From Alphaproteobacteria bacterium (GTDB taxonomy: Bacteria > Pseudomonadota > Alphaproteobacteria > Rhizobiales > NORP267), in NCBI GenBank assembly GCA_028599125.1, contig JAQRMX010000004.1:891-64890 (forward strand): DNA of 64,000 bases, read 5' to 3'. This document shows positions 12,480-21,849 of this stretch, piece after piece. The notes beneath the pieces were generated by a model. That model was not told where the DNA came from. It saw only the letters and a program-made list of their open reading frames with translations, and did not search any database. The position numbers were made by a program, and so were the translations under genes. Positions within the stretch are counted from its first letter, which is position 1; every line of letters begins with the position of its first letter.

Positions 12480-13780
12480 GGAAGATAACACAGCACGCCC
12501 ACAGGAGAAAGGTCTCCCGGAAGGGGTAAATATACAGATAAAGACAGAAACCACAGAAACAAGGTCCCCTTTACACACACACACAGGCATCTTCCGAAAT
12601 CACACGGACCGGTCAGCCGAAAAAAGAGCAGCAAAACCATAATACGGCTAGAAAACAGGAAAAAACAAACGTATCCTGGCCCTCCTGTACCCTGTGAGAC
12701 AAAAAATCAGGATCACAGGCACGTTTCACCAACATTCCAGAAGGAAAAAATGCTTATGAACCAAAAGAAACAGACCAATAACATGTTCAACAGCTGATAC
12801 AAAAGAAGAAAGACTCACCCGTCATCCTTTTCCCTGAAAAGACTCTCACAAAAACAAAATGATGGGGTTTCTTTCGCAAAAATTCGCTCATGAAACGCGC
12901 TGATATCCGCCCCCCCCTTCAAAAAGGTTTATAATCTCATCCCTTAAGCTATCGTTCTAACGCAGGGCAACACACAACGAAACAAATATCCGGAAATGAT
13001 CCCTTCACGACACTCAGGCTAATAAAAATTCCAATCCCTCTAGCTGATTCAGAAGGGAGAGCCTAATTATATCATTTCAGCAGACGGGAGGTCCGGGATC
13101 GCAGGTCCCGCATTGTCACTAAGGCAAACCATAAAGCCCTAGAAAAAACAACAAGCCTCTCTTCATCAGCCTGATAAAGTAGATAGATTTCTTCTCATAG
13201 GAAATTTTAGAAATACGCCCCTGAAACAAACAGAGACACACCGAAAGGATGGCTCACTTCACTATAGATAAGATTCACTCCTTCGGAAATGGATGGGACC
13301 AGCGTGCTTTAGAGAGACAAGTCACTACAAAGATAATATCCGGTGAAAAATCTGTCCCAAAATAAGCGCAATGACCATAATTATGCGAAATAGCAGTAAT
13401 TACACGCACCTGCTTTATCTCATTTTGGAAGCCTCACAGCGCTTCAGAGCCTCGATCAGATCTTCATCGGTCACCAACATCCCTCAGCGAGATAGCTCAG
13501 GGGAATCCGTTCATTCAAACGAAAAAATGGGAGAACATCTAACAAGCCTTACACATTTCAGAAGAGAGCAACAACAGGCTGTAACAGAGATTATCTTTCT
13601 CCGTTTAGCCTGAAAACAGAGAATCAATCAACCGCAGATTCCGCTCTGGATGATCAGGGGAGAACCAAAAAGTACCTGATGCGTGGCGTGAGACGATAAA
13701 GAAAAAATCAAAGACCCTGATAATCAGGCACAGTAACCGTGCAATAAGGAAACCTACACTCCTATCACCTCACCGGCTTT
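12480..13780 (-). pseudogene. folC: Probable eroded folC (folylpolyglutamate/dihydrofolate synthase) relic
   Basis: A 1.3-kb ORF-free gap sits in the position folC occupies after accD. One minus-strand frame (13609 down to about 13325) reads 'RKIISVTACCCSLLKCVRLVRCSPIFSFE*TDSPELSR*GMLVTDEDLIEALKRCEASKMR*SRCV*LLLFRIIMVIALILGQ'. This is collinear with the FolC N-terminal third but lacks the GTNGKG P-loop and has at least four stops. Extent outside 13325-13609 is not verified. Confidence 0.4.
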
Positions 13781-13782
13781 AA

Positions 13783-14676
13783 TCAGGAATCAGAAAGAGA
13801 AGGCAAAGAACAATCCGGTTCCGGGATAGGAGACTTCATGAGCATCCGGCACAAATGTGAAAGGGTTTCTCGCAATTCATGCCGGGGAACCACCATATCC
13901 ACCATCCCGTGATCACGCAAATATTCCGCTTTTTGGAAACCATCCGGTAGCTTCTCCCGAATGGTTTGCTCAATAACACGGGGACCGGCAAAACCAATGA
14001 GTGCACCCGGTTCAGCAATATGAATATCTCCAAGCATAGCATAAGAGGCCGTAACACCCCCGGTTGTTGGATGGGTAAGAACAACGATATAGGGCAGACG
14101 CGCTTCACGTAGCTCCCGTACCGCAATTGTCGTCCGGGGCATTTGCATAAGTGCAAGGATACCTTCTTGCATACGGGCCCCTCCTGAAGCTGTGAAAATA
14201 ATAAATGGAGAATGCATCTTAACAGACAGCCTCATCGCTGCAATTAAAGTTTCACCAACAGCTAATCCCAGGGACCCACCCATAAAACTAAAATCCTGGA
14301 CCGCAGAAACAACATGCAATCCATCAAGATAACCGTGAGCAACTTTTATTGCATCCTCCATACCCGTCTTTGTGCGAGCTAATTTCAAACGCTCAGAATA
14401 GCGGCGCTCATCACGGAATTCCAGAGGATCAGAAAGCACAGACGGTAAAGGCATTTCCTCAAAAACAGACTTGTCAAAAAGAGAGTTCAGGCGTGACAGA
14501 GTGTCCATCCGCATATGATAACCGGAACCAGGGACAACAAAATGATTCGCCTCAAGATCTTTATGAAAAACCATCTGGCCGGAAACAGGACATTTCACCC
14601 ATAAATGATCGTCTATCTCACGCTTGGAAAGAATACTGCGAATCTTCGGACGAATAACATTGTTAATCCAGTTCAT
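13783..14676 (-). CDS. accD: Acetyl-CoA carboxylase carboxyltransferase subunit beta
   Basis: '[12 protein letters not shown]' N-terminus, 'FSFMGGSLG', 'SGGARMQEG'. It is the Cys-less (no zinc ribbon) alphaproteobacterial type. Confidence 0.95.
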   Translation of the reverse strand: MNWINNVIRPKIRSILSKREIDDHLWVKCPVSGQMVFHKDLEANHFVVPGSGYHMRMDTLSRLNSLFDKSVFEEMPLPSVLSDPLEFRDERRYSERLKLARTKTGMEDAIKVAHGYLDGLHVVSAVQDFSFMGGSLGLAVGETLIAAMRLSVKMHSPFIIFTASGGARMQEGILALMQMPRTTIAVRELREARLPYIVVLTHPTTGGVTASYAMLGDIHIAEPGALIGFAGPRVIEQTIREKLPDGFQKAEYLRDHGMVDMVVPRHELRETLSHLCRMLMKSPIPEPDCSLPSLSDS

Positions 14677-14920
14677 GAAAAAAGTGCCTCAAACATATAG
14701 CCTCTGTTTACACACGCTCTATTCACAGCACAATTCTTGAGAAAGAGAGACCTAAAACCAGGTTGCAGCATAGCAGAACAGGAAAAAAAAACCAGAACAG
14801 CTGCAAAACGAGATAATGAAAAGGAATATAGACCCCCTAGGATACAGACCACAGAAGAGACGGACAAATCAAAATCATGTCTGGAAATCAATCTGCCGGG
14901 AGAGCCCTTGATTCCGGATC

Positions 14921-15151
14921 CTACAAAAATCCCCGCCGCTTGAGCCAAAGGATAACTTGACCAAGTAACATACCAAAAAAAATAAAAAGGAAAATAAAAA
15001 GGAAAAAAGGTAAACGGAAAGAGGAGGACAGATCAGCAGTGCCCAGAGGATCAAGAAAAAAGGTAACATAATGACGATTAGAAACAGAAAGCATGATCAT
15101 CACAAGTGCAAAGGGGATAAGACAAAAAATTAAAAAAAATTTACGACGCAT
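14921..15151 (-). CDS. Small inner-membrane protein, LapA/DUF1049-like
   Basis: From 'MRRKFFLIFCLIPFALVMIML..' there are two hydrophobic helices. It sits immediately downstream of ihfB, as in many alphaproteobacteria. The ORF-track N-terminus (to 15277) overlaps ihfB and is rejected. Confidence 0.6.
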   Translation of the reverse strand: MRRKFFLIFCLIPFALVMIMLSVSNRHYVTFFLDPLGTADLSSSFRLPFFLFIFLFIFFGMLLGQVILWLKRRGFL

Positions 15152-15197
15152 TAAACCCTTTCCTCCCTTCCCCTCAATAAAAACACAAAGACTTATC

Positions 15198-15479
15198 TTA
15201 GTTTTTATTGAGCCGCTGAGATAATTCCTTCCCCACTCTGAAAAAAGGAATATATTTCTTTTCAACTTCAACAGCATCCCCGGTCCGGGGATTACGACCC
15301 GTTCGCGCCGTTCTTTCCTTCACAGAAAAAACACCAAACCCACGCAATTCAACGCGTTCCAATTGGCACAAAGCTACCGTAATTTCATTAATAATTGCAC
15401 TAACAATATTCTCAATATCACGCTCGTAAAGATGAGGGTTTTCCTTGCAAATTTCCCGTACCAATTCAGACTTAACCAT
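15198..15479 (-). CDS. ihfB: Integration host factor subunit beta
   Basis: 'MVKSELV..', '[45 protein letters not shown]' is the HU/IHF fold signature; position is after rpsA-sppA. The ORF track starts 11 codons upstream. Confidence 0.93.
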   Translation of the reverse strand: MVKSELVREICKENPHLYERDIENIVSAIINEITVALCQLERVELRGFGVFSVKERTARTGRNPRTGDAVEVEKKYIPFFRVGKELSQRLNKN

Positions 15480-15527
15480 GAAGCTAACCCCATGTTCCCG
15501 ATAGAAACCCAAAACCCGAACAAAAAT

Positions 15528-16481
15528 CTACTCGAACCGCGCTCTAGGAATGTGCAAAACAGACAGCAATCCTCCTTCAAAAGCTACAGATCTTTCACTG
15601 GAAAAATGAGAAAATAAAGACGAAATCTCAAGAAGATCCAACCAGTTCAACAGCAATTCAAATAAACTTTTATCAGGCTCATGGAGACCCCATTCCTCTA
15701 CTTTTAAGTCCTTTATTCCCCGTTCCCTGGAAAGCCACTCCCGTGCCTCTTCATCACCACCGATGGCATCAATCAGATTCAGCTTAAACGCCTGGCCACC
15801 GGTATAAACACGACCATTGCCAATCAGACGCGCCTGAACCATATCCATCCCGCGACGCTCTGATACAAGACCAAGAAACCAGTCATAAGACTCATCAACC
15901 ATCTCCTTCAAGACCTTAAAGACCTCCTGCGGAGTCTTGGTGAAGGGCCCAGGCTCAGCTTTAAGTACACCGCTCTTCACTTCTTCAACAGAAATTCCCA
16001 AATTATCAATTAACTTATCAAATTTTTGCCACTGAAAGATAACCCCGATAGAACCAGTCAAGCTATTACGACGAGCAATAATATGATCAGAGGCAAGTGC
16101 AACAATATAGCCCCCGGATGCAGCAACATTCCCCATAACCGCAACAACAGGCTTGGATTTCGAAATCTTTCTGACCTTATCGTAAATCGCTTCACTCCCG
16201 GCCGTAGATCCACCAGGAGAGTCAATGGACAAAAGCAAGGCCTTGGCCTCTTCATCGGAAGCAATTTCATCCAGCACAGAAAGCAATTTATGATCACCAT
16301 CAATAAATCCATCAATCGAAACATGCGCAATATGTGGATATCCAGGTGAAGACTTTTCATCTAAAGAGAAAAAGAAAAAGGGAAGAGACAAAAAAAGGTA
16401 AAGGAAAAAAAGCGCACGCCACAGCGTTACTTTCCGAAGCAAACGCTGATGATCAAAAAAAGCGTTCCTATTAAAGTTCAC
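15528..16481 (-). CDS. sppA: Signal peptide peptidase SppA (36K type, S49 family)
   Basis: N-terminal TM segment, 'LLSIDSPGGSTAGSEAIY', 'NVAASGGYIVALASDHIIA', 'GSIGV'. Confidence 0.9.
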   Translation of the reverse strand: MNFNRNAFFDHQRLLRKVTLWRALFFLYLFLSLPFFFFSLDEKSSPGYPHIAHVSIDGFIDGDHKLLSVLDEIASDEEAKALLLSIDSPGGSTAGSEAIYDKVRKISKSKPVVAVMGNVAASGGYIVALASDHIIARRNSLTGSIGVIFQWQKFDKLIDNLGISVEEVKSGVLKAEPGPFTKTPQEVFKVLKEMVDESYDWFLGLVSERRGMDMVQARLIGNGRVYTGGQAFKLNLIDAIGGDEEAREWLSRERGIKDLKVEEWGLHEPDKSLFELLLNWLDLLEISSLFSHFSSERSVAFEGGLLSVLHIPRARFE

Positions 16482-16533
16482 TATTCCGCTCCCTTTTTAA
16501 TCAGCATCCAATTCACCTACAACGAAGAAACAC

Positions 16534-16851
16534 CAGACAGCGAAACGAAAAAAAATCATCACAGAAACGGATCACAGCACCACGCACGCGCCGCCCCGAG
16601 ATCATAATCCCGAGGCCATACAGACAAATCGGTCAGCTTTCCGTCTCTTTTTCGTTCCCTTTATCTTTATTTTGGGCCTTGTTTAAAGAAAAATCAGATA
16701 GCGAAACGAGAAAAAACAGTCACAGAAACAAACTTAAAGCACCACGCACCCGCTTTGTCCTAAGACCCATAATTCCGAGATCATACAGACAATCTGTCAG
16801 CTTTCCGTTTCTTTTCCGTTCCCTTTATCCTGATTCTGAGCTTTACTTAAA
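16534..16851. repeat. About 160-bp imperfect tandem duplication covering the rpsA 3' end plus downstream spacer (copy A 16534-16687, copy B 16694-16851)
   Basis: The two copies align over their whole length by eye. Copy B ends the real rpsA ('KAQNQDKGNGKETES*'). Copy A keeps a decayed tail reading 'KAQNKDKGNEKETES*' on the minus strand. Confidence 0.9.
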
Positions 16852-18569
16852 GCTGCTCCCAGAATATCGCCAAGAGACGCACCAGCATTAACAGAACCAT
16901 ACTGCGCTACGGCCTTTTTCTCTTCAGCAATCTCAAGAGCCTTGATAGAAACGGATACTTTCCGGAGCTTCTTGTCGAAGTTGGTGACCATCGCATCAAA
17001 TTTCTGTCCAACCGCAAAACGTTCCGGGTTCTGCTCGGAACGCTCGCATGAAAGATCAGAACGACGAATGAAAACCTGAAGATCCGTATCAACAATCCTG
17101 ATATCAATACCGCTATCCTTCACACAGATGACCTCACAGGTCACAACCGTGTCTTTCTGGACTGTATCCACACTGCTGCTGGCAAATGGATCTTCAGTCA
17201 ATTGCTTGATACCGAGAGAGATACGCTCTTTCTCCACATCAACCTCAAGAACAACGGCCTTCTGAATATCCCCCTTCTTATATTCACAGATAGCTTCCGA
17301 CCCCGGAAGCTTCCAATCTATATCCGAAAGATGAACCATCCCGTCCATATCTCCATCAAGCCCGATGAAAAGACCAAATTCGGCAATATTCTTGATCTCT
17401 CCCTCAATGATAGACCCGGATGAATAGCGCGCAGCAAAACGCTCCCAAGGATTCCCCGAAATCTGCTTGAGACCCAAAGAAATCCGACGCTTAACAGGAT
17501 CAACATCGAGAACAATAACCTCAACCTCCTGGGACATAGAAACAAGCTTGACAGGATGGACATTCCTCTTGGTCCAACTCATCTCAGAAATGTGAATGAG
17601 GCCCTCAATTCCTGACTCAAGCTCAACAAAAGCACCATAATCAGTGATATTCGTAACCGTACCCTTAAACCTCTCTCCCACGAGATAGCGCTTCTCAATC
17701 CCATCCCATGGATCACCCTCAAGCTGTTTCATACCCAGGCTGATGCGCAACGTCTCTTTGTTCACCTTGATGACCTGCACATTAATCTGCTGACCAATCG
17801 AAAGGACATCAGAAGGATGGTTGATTCGGCGCCACGCAATGTCCGTGACATGCAAAAGACCATCAATCCCTCCAAGATCAACAAAGGCACCATAATCCGT
17901 TGTATTCTTGACAACACCCTCAACAACCTGACCTTCCTCAAGGTTGTTGACAATCTCATGCCGCCGCTCACTATAGCTTTCTTCAAGGACAGAACGACGG
18001 GACACGACAATATTGCCACGTCGACGGTCTATCTTGATAATCTGGAACTGCATCTGCGTGTTCATGAGAGAGCTGACATCACGCACCGGATGAATATCAA
18101 CCTGGCTGCGCGGCAAAAAGGCAATCGCACCGGAAAGAAGATCAACCGTATAGCCGCCCTTCACCTGATTAAAAATCTGGCCTTCAACTTTCTCATTGTC
18201 CTCAAATTTTTTCTCCAAACGATCCCAGGATTCCTCACGACGTGCTTTCTCACGTGAAAGAACAGCCTCTCCCATCACGTCCTCAACACGCTCCAGGTAA
18301 ACCTCAACGATACCTCCAAGCTCAGCAGGCTCATTTTTGCCCTGGCCTGAAAATTCTTTCAGCGAGATCCGACCCTCTGTTTTCAGGCCGACGTCAATGA
18401 TGACCATATCTTTCTCAAGACCGACAATTCGGCCTTTAATAACGGCCCCTTCTTTCAGATCACACGACCTGAAAGATTCCTCAAGCATGGACGCAAATTC
18501 CGCACGGGACGGAAATGACATCTGGTCCGTATCAACAGCACGACCGACATCATCAGATGGGTAAGACAT
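16797..18569 (-). CDS. rpsA: 30S ribosomal protein S1
   Basis: Six S1 repeats ('GAVIKGRIVGLEKDMVIIDVGLKTEGRI', 'GYTVDL..GAIAFLPRSQV', 'DYGAFVDLGGIDGLLHVTDI', and others). An alternative start is 16 codons downstream (18521). Confidence 0.97.
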   Translation of the reverse strand: MSYPSDDVGRAVDTDQMSFPSRAEFASMLEESFRSCDLKEGAVIKGRIVGLEKDMVIIDVGLKTEGRISLKEFSGQGKNEPAELGGIVEVYLERVEDVMGEAVLSREKARREESWDRLEKKFEDNEKVEGQIFNQVKGGYTVDLLSGAIAFLPRSQVDIHPVRDVSSLMNTQMQFQIIKIDRRRGNIVVSRRSVLEESYSERRHEIVNNLEEGQVVEGVVKNTTDYGAFVDLGGIDGLLHVTDIAWRRINHPSDVLSIGQQINVQVIKVNKETLRISLGMKQLEGDPWDGIEKRYLVGERFKGTVTNITDYGAFVELESGIEGLIHISEMSWTKRNVHPVKLVSMSQEVEVIVLDVDPVKRRISLGLKQISGNPWERFAARYSSGSIIEGEIKNIAEFGLFIGLDGDMDGMVHLSDIDWKLPGSEAICEYKKGDIQKAVVLEVDVEKERISLGIKQLTEDPFASSSVDTVQKDTVVTCEVICVKDSGIDIRIVDTDLQVFIRRSDLSCERSEQNPERFAVGQKFDAMVTNFDKKLRKVSVSIKALEIAEEKKAVAQYGSVNAGASLGDILGAALSKAQNQDKGNGKETES

Positions 18570-19026
18570 GGAAACTCCCTGGCATCATCGCCTTGTTGGC
18601 ATTATCGCCTTGTTGAAAAAACTGGCACCGTTATATTCCTCAGCGCACGTGTTCCCTTTTGTCACGTTCACCTGGATTGCCTGCCACATACGAAAGGAAA
18701 CAACCTGCGGGTCTGACCACAGACCGGCGCAGTCCGTGAGTGTAATTGTATATGCAGGTAAATGCAATAATACACAAACAGGGAGACTCTCCCTGTAGGA
18801 ACACGCATAGCAGTCAGATAGGTCTCTGCGGGGACGCGAAAAAGCAGAAACATAAACGAAAATCACGAACCAGAAATCATATAAAGCGAAACTACTGATT
18901 ACGCCTCCCCCTGAAGGCAGACCCGCAAACACCAAGCCTTTCATCAGGAAAACATAAAAAAGGCAGGGCAAGAAAACAAAACGCCCGAAACAACAATGAA
19001 AGCTCCCAGACCGAGAAAATATATCC

Positions 19027-19674
19027 CTATCCCCTCAGGCCATCCAAAGCCAGAGCTGCTTCCACAACGCAAACAGCCGAATCAAGGACAGAATCTATAT
19101 CCGCAGTCGTTGTGTCAAGAACAGTGGCGCCGGGGGCCACACGTAAAGGAGAAACAGCTCTGACCGCATCACACTGATCCCGTCTCTCAAGATCATCCAG
19201 AACAACGTCCTGCGTTACCTCTTCTTCACGCTCACGTAATTCCTGGAAACGACGGAAGGCGCGAACTTTAATTGAGGCCGTCACAAACAGCTTAACCGAC
19301 GCATCAGGACAAATGAGCGTTCCTATGTCCCGTCCATCAAGGACAGTTCCCGGCTTCCGGAGGGAAAATAGTCTCTGAAAATCGTTCAATTCTGCGCGAA
19401 CACAAGGGATCGCTGCTACAATGGAGGCCGCATTCCCCATCTCCCGGCTTCGCAGCGCAGGATCGTCCGGGAGGACGAAATCCAGTTCCTGTGCGGCACG
19501 TAACGCTAGAGATTCATCCGTGAGGGAATGACCGAAACAAAGAAGCTTCTGACCAACACGCCGGTAAAGAAGACCGGTATCCAGATAGTGAAACCCATAA
19601 CGAAACGCAAGAAGGCGACCCAGCGTCCCCTTCCCGGAAGCAGAGGGACCATCTATCGCGATAATCATACACAC
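19027..19674 (-). CDS. cmk: Cytidylate kinase
   Basis: P-loop 'IIAIDGPSASGKGTL', 'YLDTGLLYR', 'VLDGRDIGT'. Lies upstream of rpsA as in most proteobacteria. Confidence 0.93.
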   Translation of the reverse strand: MCMIIAIDGPSASGKGTLGRLLAFRYGFHYLDTGLLYRRVGQKLLCFGHSLTDESLALRAAQELDFVLPDDPALRSREMGNAASIVAAIPCVRAELNDFQRLFSLRKPGTVLDGRDIGTLICPDASVKLFVTASIKVRAFRRFQELREREEEVTQDVVLDDLERRDQCDAVRAVSPLRVAPGATVLDTTTADIDSVLDSAVCVVEAALALDGLRG

Positions 19675-20221
19675 ATGCTCCCCGCATTAACGTCTGTCCA
19701 CACAAGCTCCACATCACGGCTGGCATCATAACCGGAAACAAACAGACCTCAAAACAGGTCAGTCACTCTCTGACCTGTCTCCCGGAAGACATATGGGGAA
19801 AAACAAAAATCGCGCTCATCTGGACAAACCCGCGCCTCGATTCTCCCCGAATCATTTTAGGAGAAGAAAAACAACCGACCCGCGACCTTAACACCGTATA
19901 AAACCTGTATGAAAGCTTCAAGACCATAAAATATCACAACACAACAAGAAAAATAGAAAATGAAGACTAAGGTAAAAAAAAGCCGCAGAGACATGACATC
20001 CCTTCCCAAAGACACCTCCCGGAGGAAAAAAGTATTTTACTCAAGAGAGAAAAGAGCATTACAACCGTAAAGCTCCATCTGAAGCCAAATAATCACTGTG
20101 CACCTTCCCTTTCTATTTCATAACTTTTTCACCTAAATATATCATAATCTTTTTTGCTTTTGACATGTGCGCTCAATCATGGCAATGACGGCCCGAATTT
20201 ATTTAAAGATGGAAAAAGATC

Positions 20222-20647
20222 GTGAATAAAATTGAAATCGGTATAAAACGTACGTGCACAGGGTGTAGGATCAAGTTTTATGATCTGAAACAATCTCCTA
20301 TTGTTTGCCCAAAGTGCCACCAAACATTTATCCCTGTGGCTGAGGCCAAAGGCCGGGCCCGTGGATCCAGATCAGGCACGATTGTTGAAAACATCAGCAA
20401 ATTGCCTTCAAAAAAGGAGAAAGATCTTCAGTATCCTGTCATAAAGGACGTTGATGCCGATGTTGGTGTTGAGGATGATTTTGAAATTGAGGACCATGTT
20501 CTGGAAAATGAGGAAGATGAAACACTTATCTCCGATGATGTGCTGGAAGAATCGTCAGACGAGGCCCTCTTGACAGATGATGAAGGAAATGGGGTCACTG
20601 ATTTATTCGGAAACAGTGGAATTAAGGGAAGCAATGAAGATATTTGA
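20222..20647 (+). CDS. TIGR02300 (FYDLN_acid) family zinc-ribbon protein with acidic tail
   Basis: 'GIKRTCTGCRIKFYDLKQSPIVCPKCHQTF' followed by a D/E-rich C-terminus. GTG start as given by the ORF track. Confidence 0.8.
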   Translation: MNKIEIGIKRTCTGCRIKFYDLKQSPIVCPKCHQTFIPVAEAKGRARGSRSGTIVENISKLPSKKEKDLQYPVIKDVDADVGVEDDFEIEDHVLENEEDETLISDDVLEESSDEALLTDDEGNGVTDLFGNSGIKGSNEDI

Positions 20648-20850
20648 ATAGGGATGAGGAACCGACAAAAAAGAAATTCACAGTCACGTCCTGGTGAATA
20701 CGGAAAAGCGAAAGGCGAAGACTAAAGAAGGAACACAGGTGAGTACCGGTCAGTTTGCTCGGACCGGACCGGATGTCTTCATCCTTCAAAAGCCATAAAA
20801 AAGGGGAAAGAGAGTCGAAAAAACGTATGTTATCACCCTGTTTTGAACAA

Positions 20851-20886
20851 AAGGCTAAGCGTCATATGTAGGCTAAGCGTCATATG
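20851..20886. repeat. Perfect 18-bp tandem duplication (aggctaagcgtcatatgt x2) 40 bp upstream of tRNA-Ala
   Basis: Read directly from the sequence: 20851-20868 is identical to 20869-20886. Confidence 0.95.
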
Positions 20887-20925
20887 TGAAGCAAAAGGGG
20901 TAAAGTAACGAAAGGATATGGAAAG

Positions 20926-21001
20926 GGGGTCATAGCTCAGTTGGTAGAGCACTTGAATGGCATTCAAGGGGTCGGCGGTTCGATTCCGCCTGGCTCCACC
21001 A
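20926..21001 (+). tRNA. tRNA-Ala (anticodon GGC), CCA encoded
   Basis: Cloverleaf by hand. Acceptor GGGGTCA/TGGCTCC with the G3:U70 Ala identity pair; anticodon stem CTTGA/TCAAG with loop ATGGCAT; T-arm GGCGG-TTCGATT-CCGCC; discriminator A + CCA. Confidence 0.95.
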
Positions 21002-21463
21002 GTCCTTTCCTTTCAGTCACGTGCATACGTCGAAACGACGGGAAAGTAGATAAAAATACCCAGTTTCTGCCATTGTGATACGAACGACTGTTTTTTTGAT
21101 TCAATCAAGCGCTCACCAGACGAAGAATTCAAATGTTTGAGAGTTCGAATCATTCCAGGCGCATCTTATCGTCATTCTATTCATCAAGACTTCTTTTCTG
21201 AAAAAGCCCAATCCAGATTTCCGAAAAATGCGTACAGCAGAAAAATATAAAACAGCCTCACTATTCACTTTCATCAGGCGCATAACAATTTATTCCTGAA
21301 AAAACAGAACCCCGGACTCCTTTAGATTGAGCTGCTACTTCAATGTATTATTATCAGCTCGTCAGAGACATATTTCCTTTTTATTCCCCAGATTTGAATT
21401 ATAGAGATAATCTTTTTATTATTTTGCTATAGGTTTGGATATAAAATCGGGTTTCGGTATAAT

Positions 21464-21550
21464 TGGTGCCCAGGAGAAGACTCGAACTTCCACGACCTTA
21501 CGGCCACCAGCACCTGAAGCTGGCGCGTCTACCGGTTCCGCCACCTGGGC
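21464..21550 (-). tRNA. tRNA-Leu (anticodon CAG), long variable arm, CCA encoded
   Basis: The reverse complement reads GCCCAGG..CCAGC-TTCAGGT-GCTGG..variable arm..GGAAG-TTCGAGT-CTTCT-CCTGGGC-A-CCA (87 nt). Confidence 0.95.
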
Positions 21551-21849
21551 AATCCCACGTTCCTAAGGTAATTTTATATGTATTGTCAATTGCTCTTCTT
21601 GCAGATAAAAAATCACCTCCCCTCAATTCCTGCCAACAAAAAGGGCCCCTCTGTACAGAAGAAAAACTTCAGTATATCTCATTTAATAAAGCGCGCTCCG
21701 CGTTTCTTGTCTCTCCCGGCGAAAAATCCGCAACCTGGAAAGAAAGTGAAAAACGTGCCAAAATGTTAATAAAAGATCAAATACAGATACCCCAAAAAGA
21801 GGGCCGGGAAGACTTGATGGACCCTGTGATGAAACAGACAGACCCCGTG

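Noticed and set aside
18585-18971. 128-codon minus-strand ORF between cmk and rpsA
   Set aside because: Its F/L/C/V-rich composition is typical of minus-strand shadow frames in this window. It has no RBS and no recognisable domain, and it overlaps the rpsA leader, including the 17-bp duplication.
21138-21162. tRNA T-arm-like fragment 'gagagTTCGAATCattccaggcgca' in the AT-rich spacer between the convergent tRNAs (possible att-site remnant of an integrated element)
   Set aside because: Only about half the positions match the tRNA-Ala 3' end, the putative T-stem does not pair, and no integrase, direct repeat partner or foreign gene cargo exists in the 462-bp spacer.
21463-21849. N-terminal ~129 codons of the 457-codon ORF-track protein
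   Set aside because: The first 29 codons are the reverse complement of tRNA-Leu(CAG), and the next ~100 codons show no similarity to the NDUFA9-like family. The conserved Rossmann fold begins just after Met 21850.
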